Below, one piece after another: positions 12,638-24,668 of a DNA stretch of 64,000 nt. A program made the translations under genes and the position numbers. Each line of letters opens with the position of its first letter. The stretch's first letter is position 1. Below the pieces are notes generated by a model, which saw nothing but the letters and a program-made list of their open reading frames with translations, was not told where the DNA came from and did not search any database. Origin of the DNA: Geosiphon pyriformis uo1 (lineage: Eukaryota > Fungi > Glomeromycota); assembly GCA_016748015.1 (NCBI GenBank), contig JAAOMT010000741.1, positions 434,001-498,000 on the forward strand, given 5' to 3'.

Positions 12638-14919
12638 ACTCTTTGTCTTCTTAATTTTATGATCACAACCAGAGCAAAGAGTAAAAAAGCTGTATCTGAT
12701 ATCTTTCCTGAGATATTTAATAAGATTTCAACCAGAAAAGTTCACTCTGTTGTAGAAGCAACTAGGCAGAACGTTTTAGAAGTCTTTTCTTTACCCAGTA
12801 ATCGTGAAAAGCTGCCTTTGGTAGTTACTGAAGCAACTTCCTCATCTTTGGCTGGTTTCTCACCAGTTAAGATTTCCTCAAAAAGATACACTTGGATTAG
12901 TCTCAGTGTTGCCTCTATTCGAACTAAGAGCCCAAAAGTTTTTAATAATAAACTAGTTAACAAGCTGGTCTTCTTCTTTATAGCTTTTACATCTGGTGCT
13001 GCTAGCATCTCCTCTTCAAAAAAAATAGTCAAAAAGACCAGAAGTTCAGAAAAGTAGGAACAATCACTTGCCTCTGCTATTGTTACACCAAATCCCTTTG
13101 TGGTTTTTAATAAGATCTTAGATAAGATCTCCATAGTATTATCCAGCATGTCATCTAAGATGGGCCAAAATCAACCACTAGCTGTGTTGCCAAATGTGGT
13201 GTCTTCCAGCAGATCTTCACTGGTTCTGAAAGCAAAACAATCTTTTTCTGTTGGGTCACCTGTTCTTGAGAACTGGGCTGATCAAATGGAAACTGAATCA
13301 TCTTTTTCTCCAGTTTTTGGTGCTACTTCTGGTGGTGCCTAAGAAACTATTTCTAGTTGTCAAAGGTTTGCTGGGTGGGTGGCCTCTACTCTGGTGCTTG
13401 GTGCTACTTTCAAGATCAAATTGGTTCATGTTAAGACTGTTTTTCAGTCTGTGCATGGTTTTTTGGGTGCAAAGTCAGTTGCAAAAAACAATATGAAGCT
13501 CTTTTGTGTGGAGTTTGCTTCCCAAATCTTTTTAAATGCTGCATTTTTGGTGGAGCTTACAAGCTTTGTTCACCTTGCCACTCTTAAAATTGCCAAGTCT
13601 TTGGTGGTTTCTGAGTTTGGCTCTCCTTCTGCTGCTGTTGCATTGCATGATATGTCTTTAGGTGTATCTGCTGTTGACATTAAGACAGTTTTTAATGTTT
13701 TTGGTGTAGTTACTCATGTTGTACTGAAGTCTGTTGGCATTTGGCAATATGTGGTGGTTTATTTCAAGAAATTGAACTTTGCTGTGGCTGCTCTGAATCA
13801 TTGGTTAGTTTTGGTAAACAAGAATAGTGTTAGAATTTCTTCTTGGTGAATCAAAATAAGACTATTCTGTTTCGAGATAGATTTAAGGCCAAATTGGTCA
13901 ATCTTTCTTCTGGTTGCACTGCCTTTGAGATTAGTAATATGATTTCTCAGGTTGATGGTTGGACATGTTTCATTCCTTGGTTTCCTGATTCTGGTTGTTG
14001 TTTTTACTTTGCTCTGGTTACATTTGGCTTCCAAGCTGATTTGGATTTTGCTGTTGCCAAAACTGGTACACTAAGAAAGTGCCATATCTAGTGGAAAACT
14101 TCTGGTTGTCAGCATTGTTTTCAGTATCAAAAGTTAAGCCATCTGGCTGCTGATTGTAAGGTTTTTCTACCTCCTCTTCCTAAGTCTCCTAAGATATTTA
14201 CACCACACTTTGTTGGTCCTATGTCTTATGCCAAGACTTTTGCATCTTTGAGCTTCTCTGAATTTCCACTTCTGTCACCTCTTGCCTCTTCTTCAATTGT
14301 TGTTGGTGATCCTTTGGTGCTATTCTGGTTGTTTTCTTTGGAATCTGATTTAACTAAGCTTTCTGCTTTGGTTGAGTCTATTGTTAAACTGGTTGGTTCT
14401 ATGGTCAAATTGTTTAAACAATTTATTAATAGAGATTTGGTCTTAAGCAGCAATCTCGGCCTTAAAGTTAATGAGATTATAATACATATGGGTGTCTTTA
14501 GTAAAGTTGTTGGTAAGTTGGAGAAGGAAATGGTTTCTTTGAAAAAGGAATGCTGTATGGAAAACATTGATATGTTTGGTAATTCAGAGCTTCTATTTGT
14601 TGTAAGTGATGATGTGTTTTTTAATTTGTTGTCCCTTTGGGAGCATGAGTCTGTTGATATTAAAACTGATCTCTTTAAAACTGCCAAGTGGCTAGTTGGA
14701 TTGGTTTCTTGCAGTGCAACTCTGTTTTCTGTTATTTAAAAGATGTCATCTTTGGGTAAGTTTTCTTCTGTAGCATCAGCATAATGTGTTCTTGACTGGT
14801 CCGAGTGGCTGGTTATATGTAGAAAGTACATAATTAGCACTTAGTTTAGATCACTTAGTTTGATATATTGTACTAGGTAGCTTTTGTGCCTTACTCATTA
14901 AAACTTAATAAAAAAAAAA
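12638..14919 (+). mobile_element. ORF1-only non-LTR retroposon (HAL1-like), copy 1; disrupted ~700-codon ORF 12659-14784
   Basis: Single ORF with RRM-like segments, a CCHC knuckle remnant (~14116-14157) and a coiled-coil. Short 3' UTR, AATAAA/poly(A) tail. No endonuclease or RT. Same ends as copy 2. Confidence 0.8.
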
Positions 14920-16220
14920 TATATATATTTTATTGTAAAGTTTTTTATAAATAATAATTAGCAATTTCTTATAAATTATTTTTATATTATAAAAATACAA
15001 TTTAGTCAAAAATTTGTTAATATAATTAACAGCAATATAGAAATTAAAATACCATATTAAAAATAAATTAATCTAATTAATGTTATCAAATAAATCAATA
15101 TTAATAATTTAATTTTTAAGTTTAATTTTCTAGTAAACTTAATAAATAACTTTATATATTTAATATTATTAGATATAAATACACTATTGACCAAAATAGA
15201 TTTTTTATTAATATTAATTAGAAATAAAAAACCAAAAACACAATTATATTAAATAATTTATTAGTATATTTGTTTTTAAAAATTTCAAAGTAGCTTTTAA
15301 TCTTAAATTATATAATATTTAACTTTTTATTTTAAATAATATTTTTAATATAATGTTGTTATAGGTGATTACTTGAGATCTTAAAGCAAATAACAAACCC
15401 ATAACTTGGTGTTTAATTGCTAATGTTGACATTGGTATCTAAAGATTTTGTTGTAGAGTTCTTTGTATAATAAACAGAAATTTAATTGATTGTTTTATCT
15501 ATAGCTTTTTAAAACCACAGTTTTGTCAATTTTTTTCTCAGCATGATAGCCAGTAATTTTTCTGGTAAGATATCTTCAATTTCGAGTGTCTACCCTTATT
15601 CCTAGGTCTTTTACTAGTGCTATATCCTGACATCAGTATCTCTGTGTATTAATCCTTTTAATTAAGTTAGTAGTAAAAGAAATAAAAATAAAAATAAAAA
15701 AAAATTAAAAAAAAAAATTAAAAAAATTAAAAAAATAAGCCAAGGCAGTTTGCAAGTTGGTATCTTGTCAATAGCCATGATCAAAAACTATTGTTTCAGT
15801 GTGATTTAAGTATCAATTTCTATCAACATGAAGTGTTGATAGTAGAAGTGGATTGTAGATAACAAATAGCTAATTTATTGGTATTTGTGAATTTGGAAGG
15901 TTGCTTAGATTAAATCTAAACTGAGAGGTCTGTCTTTTCTACTTCTAACTCTACCACTATATATACATAATTGAAATTCCTCAATTCCTCAATTCTTTAC
16001 ACCAGGAATCCTGAAATTTTTGGAATTCTGCAATTCCTTTGAAAGGAATCCTAAAATTCTGGAATTCTGTGATTCCTTGTATAAGAATTCTGAAATTTCT
16101 GGAATCCTGCAATTCTTCTAAAAGAAATTCTGGAATTTCATATTTACTATGACTACTTCTGATTGGCTAAGTTATATGCTAATATACTTCCTATATTTTA
16201 TGAGTAACATTATTTTTTTT

Positions 16221-16850
16221 TTAATATTAAGCTCCATTAAGATTTCTTAATTTTAATTCTCTATCTTTAAGTAGTTCTTGAACTTTTTTTTCAAAAATTA
16301 CTTGTGCTATCCTGTTTTGTAAGTTTTCAAATTGAGCATTAGTTATTTTTCCCATTTAATTAATGGTAATAGAGTCCATTCTTGGATTGAGTAGGATTTC
16401 TGGTCAATCTTGAAATCCGATGTGTAACCAGTAAATGGCTTTTGCTTGTGTGGTTAAATTGTTCTTCTCCACAAATTGTTTTAGTTGTTGTAGTATTGTT
16501 GTGTTAAATAATTGTTTTGTTTTATCTGTGTACAAGTTCTGAATATTCAAGTGTTGTCCCAAATAAAAGTAACAAAAGTTTTTTGGAAATTGTTGTATCC
16601 ACCAATTCCAAGTTTCTATAGTTAATTCTTGATATTGGATTACTTCTGGTTGCATTACTATTGCCAATTTTACTTTTGTAATTATTTTGTCAACAGTGTT
16701 TTCTGTTTTTCTTCATGTTTTATCCTGTGTTTTTTTTCTGGTGTTTGTGTATCTAATAGTTTGTTGGTTAATTGTAATTTTTATTTCTTGTGGTTGAATT
16801 AATTGAAAGAGTTGTTGTACTAGTAAGTGAATGTTGTTAGTAATCTCCAT
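16221..16850 (-). pseudogene. Accessory ORF (~209 aa) of unknown function between integrase and 3' LTR
   Basis: ATG at 16850 in frame to TAA at 16221. Internal stops are all C>T-type. TATATAAAA at 16882-16890. Conserved in copies at 1-550 and 38060-38720. Confidence 0.8.
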
Positions 16851-16908
16851 TTTCTGCTGTTTTTTGTCACATATACTGTGTTTTTATATACTCTTTGGTT
16901 GTTCAATT

Positions 16909-18200
16909 TTACATGTTTGGTTCAATGATTATAATTGGTTTTAGATCTTATGGAATCTTATCTGGTTTGACTAATATTCTCTGTACTCTTAATTGTAAAA
17001 TATTACTGGTCGATAATAATGTTGTACTGTAATATTGTTTCAGTCAATCTCTATGTGCTGCTTTGTTTAAGATTTTGTTGTTTAATCTTAATTTATAAGC
17101 TTCATTTTCAAGAATTTTTTCTATGTGAAATAGTCTGTCCCATTTGGGGTCAAATTTTCTACTTCATTGTTTTTCTGCTTTGGTATAATGTAAAAATACT
17201 TTGTCTTTAATCTTAAATTCAACTGATTTCTCTGATAGTTGGTTATCGTGTCTTTCTTTTTGTTTTTCTTGTGACTTTTGGATGTTATCAGCTGCTCTTC
17301 ACCATGTGTTTTCTAGTGTCTTCATTAAGTCATATGTTCTTTTCAACAATGTTCTTTGAAAATTTTTTTTTGTTATTGGTTCTGTTAGATATGTTTTGAC
17401 TTCTATCTCAATTAGTAATGTTGCTGTTCTACCATATACTAATTCAAATGGTGTTGCTTGTGTAGTGTCTTGCTTCATTGTCTGATAAGCAAATAATACT
17501 AATGGTATGATCAAATTCCATTTGTCCTGGTTTTTTTGGCTGATTTTGGCTATTGCTTTATACAATGTTCTATTGAATTTTTCAATTAATCCATTGGTTT
17601 GTGGATAGTATGATGATAATAGTGGTTTTTTTATCCCAAATTTTTGACTTAATTCTGCCAATGTTCTATTTACAAAGTGGGTTTTTTGATCTAATAATAG
17701 TTCTTTTGGACATCCATGTTAACAGATCAAATCTTGATGAACAAATTCGGCAATGGATTCTGCATCTGCTCTTTGAATGGCTTTTGCTTCTGGCCATTTT
17801 GTAAGATAATTCATGGCTACTGCAATATATCTGTTGCCTCTGCTGGTTATTGTTAATAGTCCGACTAAGTCAATTTCAATATGGTCAAATGGTTGTTCTA
17901 CTTTGATTAGTCTCAATGGTTCACTGGGTTTTGTTTCTTCTCTTCTCTAACAAGCATCACAATTTTAAATATATTGGATGATGTCTGGATACATTAATAG
18001 CCAATAATATCTTTTTCTGATTCTTTCTATTGTTGCTTCTTTATGAAAATATCTTGTTATTGGATCTAAGTACATGTTGAACAATATTGTTTCTTTTTCT
18101 GGTTCTGTAATTACTCTGATTGGTTAATCTGGATTCTTTTTGTTTTTTCAGTAAAGTATATTTTGGTAATTGATAAAATATTTTGATTGTTGTTTTATGT
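16909..18200 (-). pseudogene. Integrase (HHCC remnant, DDE core, GPY/F module, no chromodomain)
   Basis: PFDHIEIDLVG, YIAVAMNYLTKWPEAKAI, YYPQTNGLIEKFNRTL, TPFELVYGR, KFDPKWD(GP)FHI. Confidence 0.92.
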
Positions 18201-18399
18201 TGTTTTGTTTCTTTTGAGATAATTTTTCCTTAAACAATTGAGTATTTATATAATGTTGGAGTTGTTGGTATTTTTGTATATTCATCTTTTGTTGTATTTT
18301 TGGGTTGAAATGTTTTTTTAGATTTGTCTTATTTACGACAGACTGTCAGCATTTCTATTGTCTTTTTTCTTTTTATAATGTACTGTAAATGTATATGGT

Positions 18400-19650
18400 G
18401 ATAGTACTATTTTCCATCTTGCATGGTAATTGTCTTCAAATTTTTACTTCTGGATTGAAGTCAATCCTTTATGATTAGTGTACACATCAAACTTTTGACT
18501 CAAGTATTCTTTTTATTTAGTAATGGCCCAATAGATAGCTAAGTGTTCCAATGCTGGAGTTTCATAGTTCTTTTCAGTTGAACTTAAGCTTCTACTGGCA
18601 TATGCTACTGAATGTTCTCTTCCATCTGATCTTTTCTGCAATAGTACTGCTCCTAATACTTGGCCTAATGCATCAGTGGTGATAATGAATGGTTTGCTGT
18701 GATCTGGATACATTAACACTAAAGCTTGAATAAGTTTTCTTCTCAGTGTGTCAAATGCTTTTTGTTGAGCTTCTGTCTATTCATACTTTACATTCTTAAT
18801 TTGTAAATAATAGAATAGCTGAGCCAGTTTAGAAAAGTCCTTGATAAAGCAACAATAATAGCCTGTGAATCCCAAAAATGCTCTCAGTTCTATCAAGTTG
18901 GTTGGTACTGAAAAGTTTTTTACTATTGCAATTTAATCTGGATCCATTTTAATGCCATTTTTGCTTATGACATATTCCAAAAATTTCAACTCTGTTTTGC
19001 TAAAAAAACACTTAGTCATATTTAATTTCAATCCTGCTCTTTTCAACCTTTCAAACACTTGTTGAAGATGATGTAGATGGTCATCAAATGTCTTTGAGAA
19101 CACATTGGTGTCATCTAAGTAAACAACTACTGATTTCCACAGTAGTTTAGTATAAACAATTTTCATGAGCTGTTGGAATATTGCTGGAGCATTCATCAAG
19201 CCAAATGGCATTACTTCGAACTCAAAATTCTCTTCCCATGTTGTGAAAGCTGTTTTTTTTTTATCTTCTAGTTTCATGACTACTTGCCAGTAACTGCTGT
19301 CTAAGTCCAAAGTTGAAAACCATTTCTTTCCTCCAAAAGCATCAAATAGTTCTTGGATCTTTGGAGTTGAGTAACTATCTCCTTTAGTTACTCCATTCAG
19401 TTTCTGGTAATCTACACAAAAGTGGATTTTTTTATTTTTTTTATGGACTAATACTATTGATGATGACCATGGGCTCATTAATAGTTAAATTAATCTATTG
19501 TCAAGCATCTGATTAATTTCTTGATGAATGATCTCATGGCTGGCTGGTGGTACTCTGTATGCTTTTTGTTTGATTGGCATTACATCTCTAGTCTTGATCT
19601 GATGTTAGATTATGTCAGTTCTGCCAAATTTGTTTTTGTTGGCAAAGATG
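18400..19650 (-). pseudogene. Reverse transcriptase and RNase H
   Basis: SPWSSSIVLV, FCVDYQKLN, LDLDSSYWQ, VMPFGLMNAP, YLDD; RNase H TTDA...VAYASRSL...E. Confidence 0.95.
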
Positions 19651-20154
19651 TTATTGAAATTATTAAGTAATATCTTGAGTTGCATCTGTTAAAGTGGGTC
19701 TAAGTTTCCCAAGTTTATCTGTTCCAATTGTTCTGGTTGGAGCAGATAACATTTACTTTGTCTGTAAATGGTTTGTGATATAATATCCACATATCCACAA
19801 AGCTGTGAAAAATCTGGAATGTAGTTTGGTGGTTGATTCTCAACTTCAGTGATTAAGTATCCAATAATGATTCCTTTTGGTATCTTGATAATATTTTAGG
19901 TTGTGTTATAAATAGAAATTTTAATGTTTTTGGGGCTTTTGGCTGGTATCTAAAGATTAGTGAGTCCAATCTTTCTTAATTCACAGATGGTGGCTTCTGC
20001 TTCAAACAACTGAGCTTGATTTTTTATTTCTCTTTTTATGATTAACATATACTGGTCATATGATGGAATGGAAATTAGTTGACAGATAGAGATAATTTCT
20101 CCTTTGTTAACAATCTCTTCTTTTGCTATATTAACTGGTATATTTATTTTATTC

Positions 20155-20570
20155 ATTGATTCGAATCCTTGTATCCCTCTAGCTGTAATCCCTAATTATT
20201 TCCTGTTTCTCATGAATACTAATTAAGCTATTTTAACCAGAGACAAGAATATTGCCTGTGCTATCTTTTCATTTGGTTTTATAACATAGGCCTTTTCTGA
20301 GTCATTTTGTAGCATAGCAATGATATTTCTTACATATTCTGCATCAATTATTTCTCCTCTGATATTTATTCCTTTTTTTGCTAAGCTACTCCTAGATGCT
20401 AGTTGAACCATTATTGTTGTTAGAATTTCTAGTGCTATTTTGAGATTGATGCAAGTGTGCAAATATGGTTCCAATTTGATGGCATTTTTTCCTAAATACC
20501 TTAGATTAAATTCTGTATTAGTATCATGCATGCATTCTGGCATAATACTTTTATTGTTATCATTGAACCA
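20155..20570 (-). pseudogene. dUTPase domain within pol (between protease and RT)
   Basis: Motif 2 RSSLAKKGI, motif 3 IIDAEYVRNI (from GIIDAGYxGNI), motif 4 EKIAQAIF, motif 5 ARGIQGF(G)S at ~20160-20185. Confidence 0.85.
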
Positions 20571-21799
20571 TTTTAGTTCCTGCTCCTTGGTGAGGTCTGA
20601 GAGCATGATATATTGTTTGTAGTTTAGATCAGAGTTCGAATCTGAGTTTAAATCATTGTCATTATTATTGCCATATTAAACAGAGCTGGAACTGTTGTTT
20701 TTGTTGTCATTGTTGTCGGAGTTTAAATCGGGATTGAAATTTGATTCTGATTCTGATGCACAGCTGCTGATTGGTTCTTTCTCTTCTGGGATTATGTAGA
20801 TCATATATAGTGGTGGATTGTAAATAAGATCATACTCATTACAATATTGAAAGTCATATGGGATCAAACAGTGGTCACATAGTTGGGTGTTTGTTTGAAC
20901 TAAACACTGCTCTTGTTTCTCTCTTGTTAGTGCCAAATTTTGATAATGCTCATGGAATTCTTCTGGGCCTGCTTTTAGATCCAAGAAAGTGTCTAGGTTG
21001 GGAATCAGAATAATATTAACTGGTTTTAGAGGGTTGTTCTTGATTTCCAGTATTTTGCTGGACATGATGCCTTCTACTTTGGTATTTGCTATCCACCAAA
21101 TCTTGTCCTCATCATGTGGGTAACTGTTCAAACAAAAGATTGCACGATGTCAGGCAGCAGTTATTAGTATACTATGACTTACCCAATTGCTGATAAGGAT
21201 TGTGTACTGACACAAAGTGTCGTATGTTCCTTCTTAACTAGGAATGTCATTCCACATTCCTTTGTCAAGCAATTGTTCATTACAAGTAAGACATGATTCA
21301 TTTTCCCACTTGCCTTGTCTTTTTGGGTAGTCATAACATTCACAGTGGCAAGACTTGCAATAGTAATAAGTTCGCATCCAGTAATCTTTGTCTGGTGCAA
21401 TCTAAGCTCCCATGGAAGACAGTTTCTTTTTGCAGTCTTTGCACTTGAAAAGAATATAAAGTGGTTCTGGCCTGGTATTTGTTGAGTATGTACTTTCTCA
21501 ACTGCTTGTTACTGTGATGTCGTTGGTTTTTTTAGGTATGTTTTCCTTCTTTTTTTTCTTTTTTCCTTTGTCTTTTTCTTTCCAGTTTAGAATTGGTAGC
21601 ATTTCATTTTGGTTGTTGTCAGTTCACATGTTTTGGTCAGTTCTTTAGGTAAGTTTTTCTGTGTGCTTTCCTTTTTTTTAGTCATCTCATAAAAGTATCA
21701 GCAATAGTTCATTGTGGTTTTTGTCAGCCCACAAGACTTAATAGGCTTCCCAAAGAGGTTTGCTTACTTTTTCTTTGAGTTCAATTAATGGTACTGGCA

Positions 21800-22200
21800 T
21801 GTTAGTGGTCTTAAAGTGACCACACATTGCTGGTGCTTATGTGTGTTGGCTGTTTTGGCTGATTTGCAACTTTTGGGTGGTCCAGTCAAGTGTCGCATTG
21901 GTTTTGGACAGCCAATCATTCCCAACTAAAGCTTGATATTGGATGGCCTTTATGACTAATACTTTGATTGGCATGATAATACTATTGACCTCTATAGGGA
22001 GGTCATCAATCTCACTAATCAGAGTTTTGGTTGCTTCATTAGCAGTGATTATACACACACTGGCAGCATAATCAACTTGGCAACTTAATTGGTCTATAAG
22101 TTGTTATGTAATAATGCTGCCAGCTAATTCACTGTTTAGAATCAGTTTGATGGCATGGCCATCAACTTTTGTGTTAGTGTACATGGTGGTGATTGGTTTG
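21800..22200 (-). pseudogene. Retroviral-type aspartic protease
   Basis: IKLILNSELAGSII (decayed LDSGSAGS) and ALVGNDWL. Confidence 0.85.
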
Positions 22201-22779
22201 ATGTCAAGAGCAGCTCCACTAAATAATAAAACTGGTATGGTTTTCTCAAGTTCAAAAAGAAAAATAGCTGCTAGAAATTCATTGTTGAAAATAGTTGCTG
22301 GTGGGATATTGCTGGTAAGTGGCTGTTTCTGGTTGAGTTCCAGATTGTTAGATGGGGTGTCTTTTGGGATAACTAGGAGACTTAAATAATTCTGGGAATT
22401 CAGGTTTTGGACATGGCTGGTGCCCGAATTTTGTTGACAAGATCTTAATTGTTGGGTTGATGAACTGGGGATTGGTTGGTAAACTATCATCGCCAATCTC
22501 CAGTTTTGTTGTGTTATTCTTGGCCTGTGTGTTCTATTTTGAGATAAGTTTTGTGGTGATGTTTGGATTTGTTGAAGCTAATAGATTACAGATGGCTGTA
22601 GTTGATATATTACTTGTGACTGTGGCTAATAAATTGGAGTTTGATATATTGATGGTTGATAAATTGGCTGCTGCATCATTAATAAGTAAGTGGGTTAATA
22701 TTGATTTTGGTTTAAGTAAGGATTCAGGATTTGAAACTAGCAATTAGGGTTTCTGTATTGATTTCTCAATCATTAATTA

Positions 22780-24668
22780 TTATTATTAGATCAGCAGTCA
22801 ATTTTTAGATGGTCTTGTCTTCCACAGTTGTGGCAAACATGCATCTCTGACTGTCATGACTGATTGAATGATGATGGTCACAACTGATATTGGAAACGAT
22901 TCACATTTCCTTGGTTACTGTATCATTGTGGAGATTAATAAATTGCCTGATTATTGTTAGCTAAGTATTTCTCTAGTTTCTGATTAATTGAATTGCTAAA
23001 TTGTTTCAATTTGAAATCCAATTCAGATGATTTATTCATTACTAGATTTACAGCTTGGGTGTGGTTGGCTTCTAACTCAGCTGACTCAAAGTCCTTGGTG
23101 CATGTGATTGCATTTTGGAGGGTGGCTGCATGTAACAGATGTACGTGTTATAGAATACTATTGTGCAAACTATGGATAAACTGATTCAGGATTTGTGGCT
23201 CTGTGAAGTAGTTCACATCAATTGCTTAAATTTGGCACAGATTTTGCTGGAAGCATTCCAAATAAGTGGTAACTGCTTCAGTATCTTTCTGTTTGATAGT
23301 GGTGAATGTATTGGCCAAGCAATTAATGCTATTATTATTACTAAAATATCTCAAAAATTCAAGTTTGAATTCCTGGAAGGTTTGTGGTCTGGCTGCTAAA
23401 CTCTGATATGAATCAGCAGTATCTTGGAAAAAGTAAGGAATTGTTTAAAGGGCTCTATTGTCATCCCAGTTATTAGCAGTAATGGCTTTGGCAATGTTGT
23501 TAATCTATGCTTGGGTGTTGTCTTCTTCACCAGTGAATTTCTCAAGTTTGGTGATTTGGAGTGTAGACCATTAGGTTCATGTTTTGTTATTGAGATGGTT
23601 GTTGCAGCTGTTGTGGTTGTTGAAAGGGTTGTTGAATTTGTTGATTTAGTTGTAAAAGCTCGGCTATTAGATTAATTAGTGGCTGATTGATGATAATTAT
23701 TGGAAGTACATTTGGTTGATTAATTAATTTGGGTTTTGGATTATTCTGATTTTGTGGTAGTTGAATATTCAGAGTTTTAACTTCTGAATTTTCTAAATTT
23801 GGATCTTGCTAAGTCTGAAAGTTTGGGGTTTCAATGTCTGGATTTTTTGGAATTGGGTTCTGGTAAGTAACTTCTTGATCTTTGGCTTCTTTTCTTTCTC
23901 CTCTTCTGATTTTGTTACCTTTTATGAGTCAGCTGTTCCAAAATCTGGTGAAGGTAGTGGTAATTGGTATCTTAATAGGATGGTTGATCACAATTTAAAT
24001 CTTTTAAAATAATTGCCATAGGTCCCTAATAAATCTGCTTTTTTTTGTTTACTTTAAAATAAGAGTTGTCCAAATGTTGATGTTATATTTAATGTGGATG
24101 CACCTGTTGATAAGATGTTGATGGTACTTCCAGATGTATAGTGGTATGATGAGTTTGTTGGCAATTCAACTCTGGTTTTCTTCCAAGTAGGTGGTTGGAT
24201 CTTTTTTGGTATTGCTGTTGGTGTTTGTAGTTTTCTTTTTCCTTTGTTTGTATAGGTAATTGAGAATTGTTGTTGTGTGTATTTTTCAATGATTTAATTA
24301 ATTTTCCTGATGATTGGTGCAAAACTGTAATTTTTTGGTAAGCTAGTGTGTTGAAATAATTTTGTATAGAAGTTTTCTCTTGTTAATTCAATGTCAACTG
24401 TTTTTTCTAAACAGTCTGTGATTTTTTCATTAATGTAAAAGTTGAAAGTAGATTCTGTTGAATAATGGTTGTTGTTTAATTCTAGTTGTTGACAATACTG
24501 TTAAAACAAAAATTTGGCAAATTTTAAATGGTTTGTTCTTATGTTTTTTGGTTCTGCCACTTTTGAATGATTGTTGTTGGTGCTGGTTCTCTGTAGAATT
24601 ATATCTCACAGGGAGCACCAAATGTTACAGGTGATTACTTGAAATTTCAAAGCAAATAACAAATCCAT
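22780..24668 (-). pseudogene. Gag (capsid/retrotrans_gag region ~23560-23050; CCHC knuckle ~22795-22837)
   Basis: KLEKFTGEED...WINN...TFQEFKLEFLRYF...IKQKDTEAVTTY; CHNCGRQDHLKIDC. Confidence 0.85.
24604..24620 (-). promoter_or_regulatory. Primer-binding site TGGTGCTCCCTGTGAGA
   Basis: Lies 2 nt from the 5' LTR and begins TGG. Complementary to a tRNA ending ...GGAGCACCA (elongator Met or Ile-UAU type; identity not certain). Confidence 0.8.

Noticed and set aside
12742-14687. Antisense ORFs over the retroposon (also 26441-26950, 29817-30368)
   Set aside because: Shadows of the sense ORF's codon bias; no motifs.
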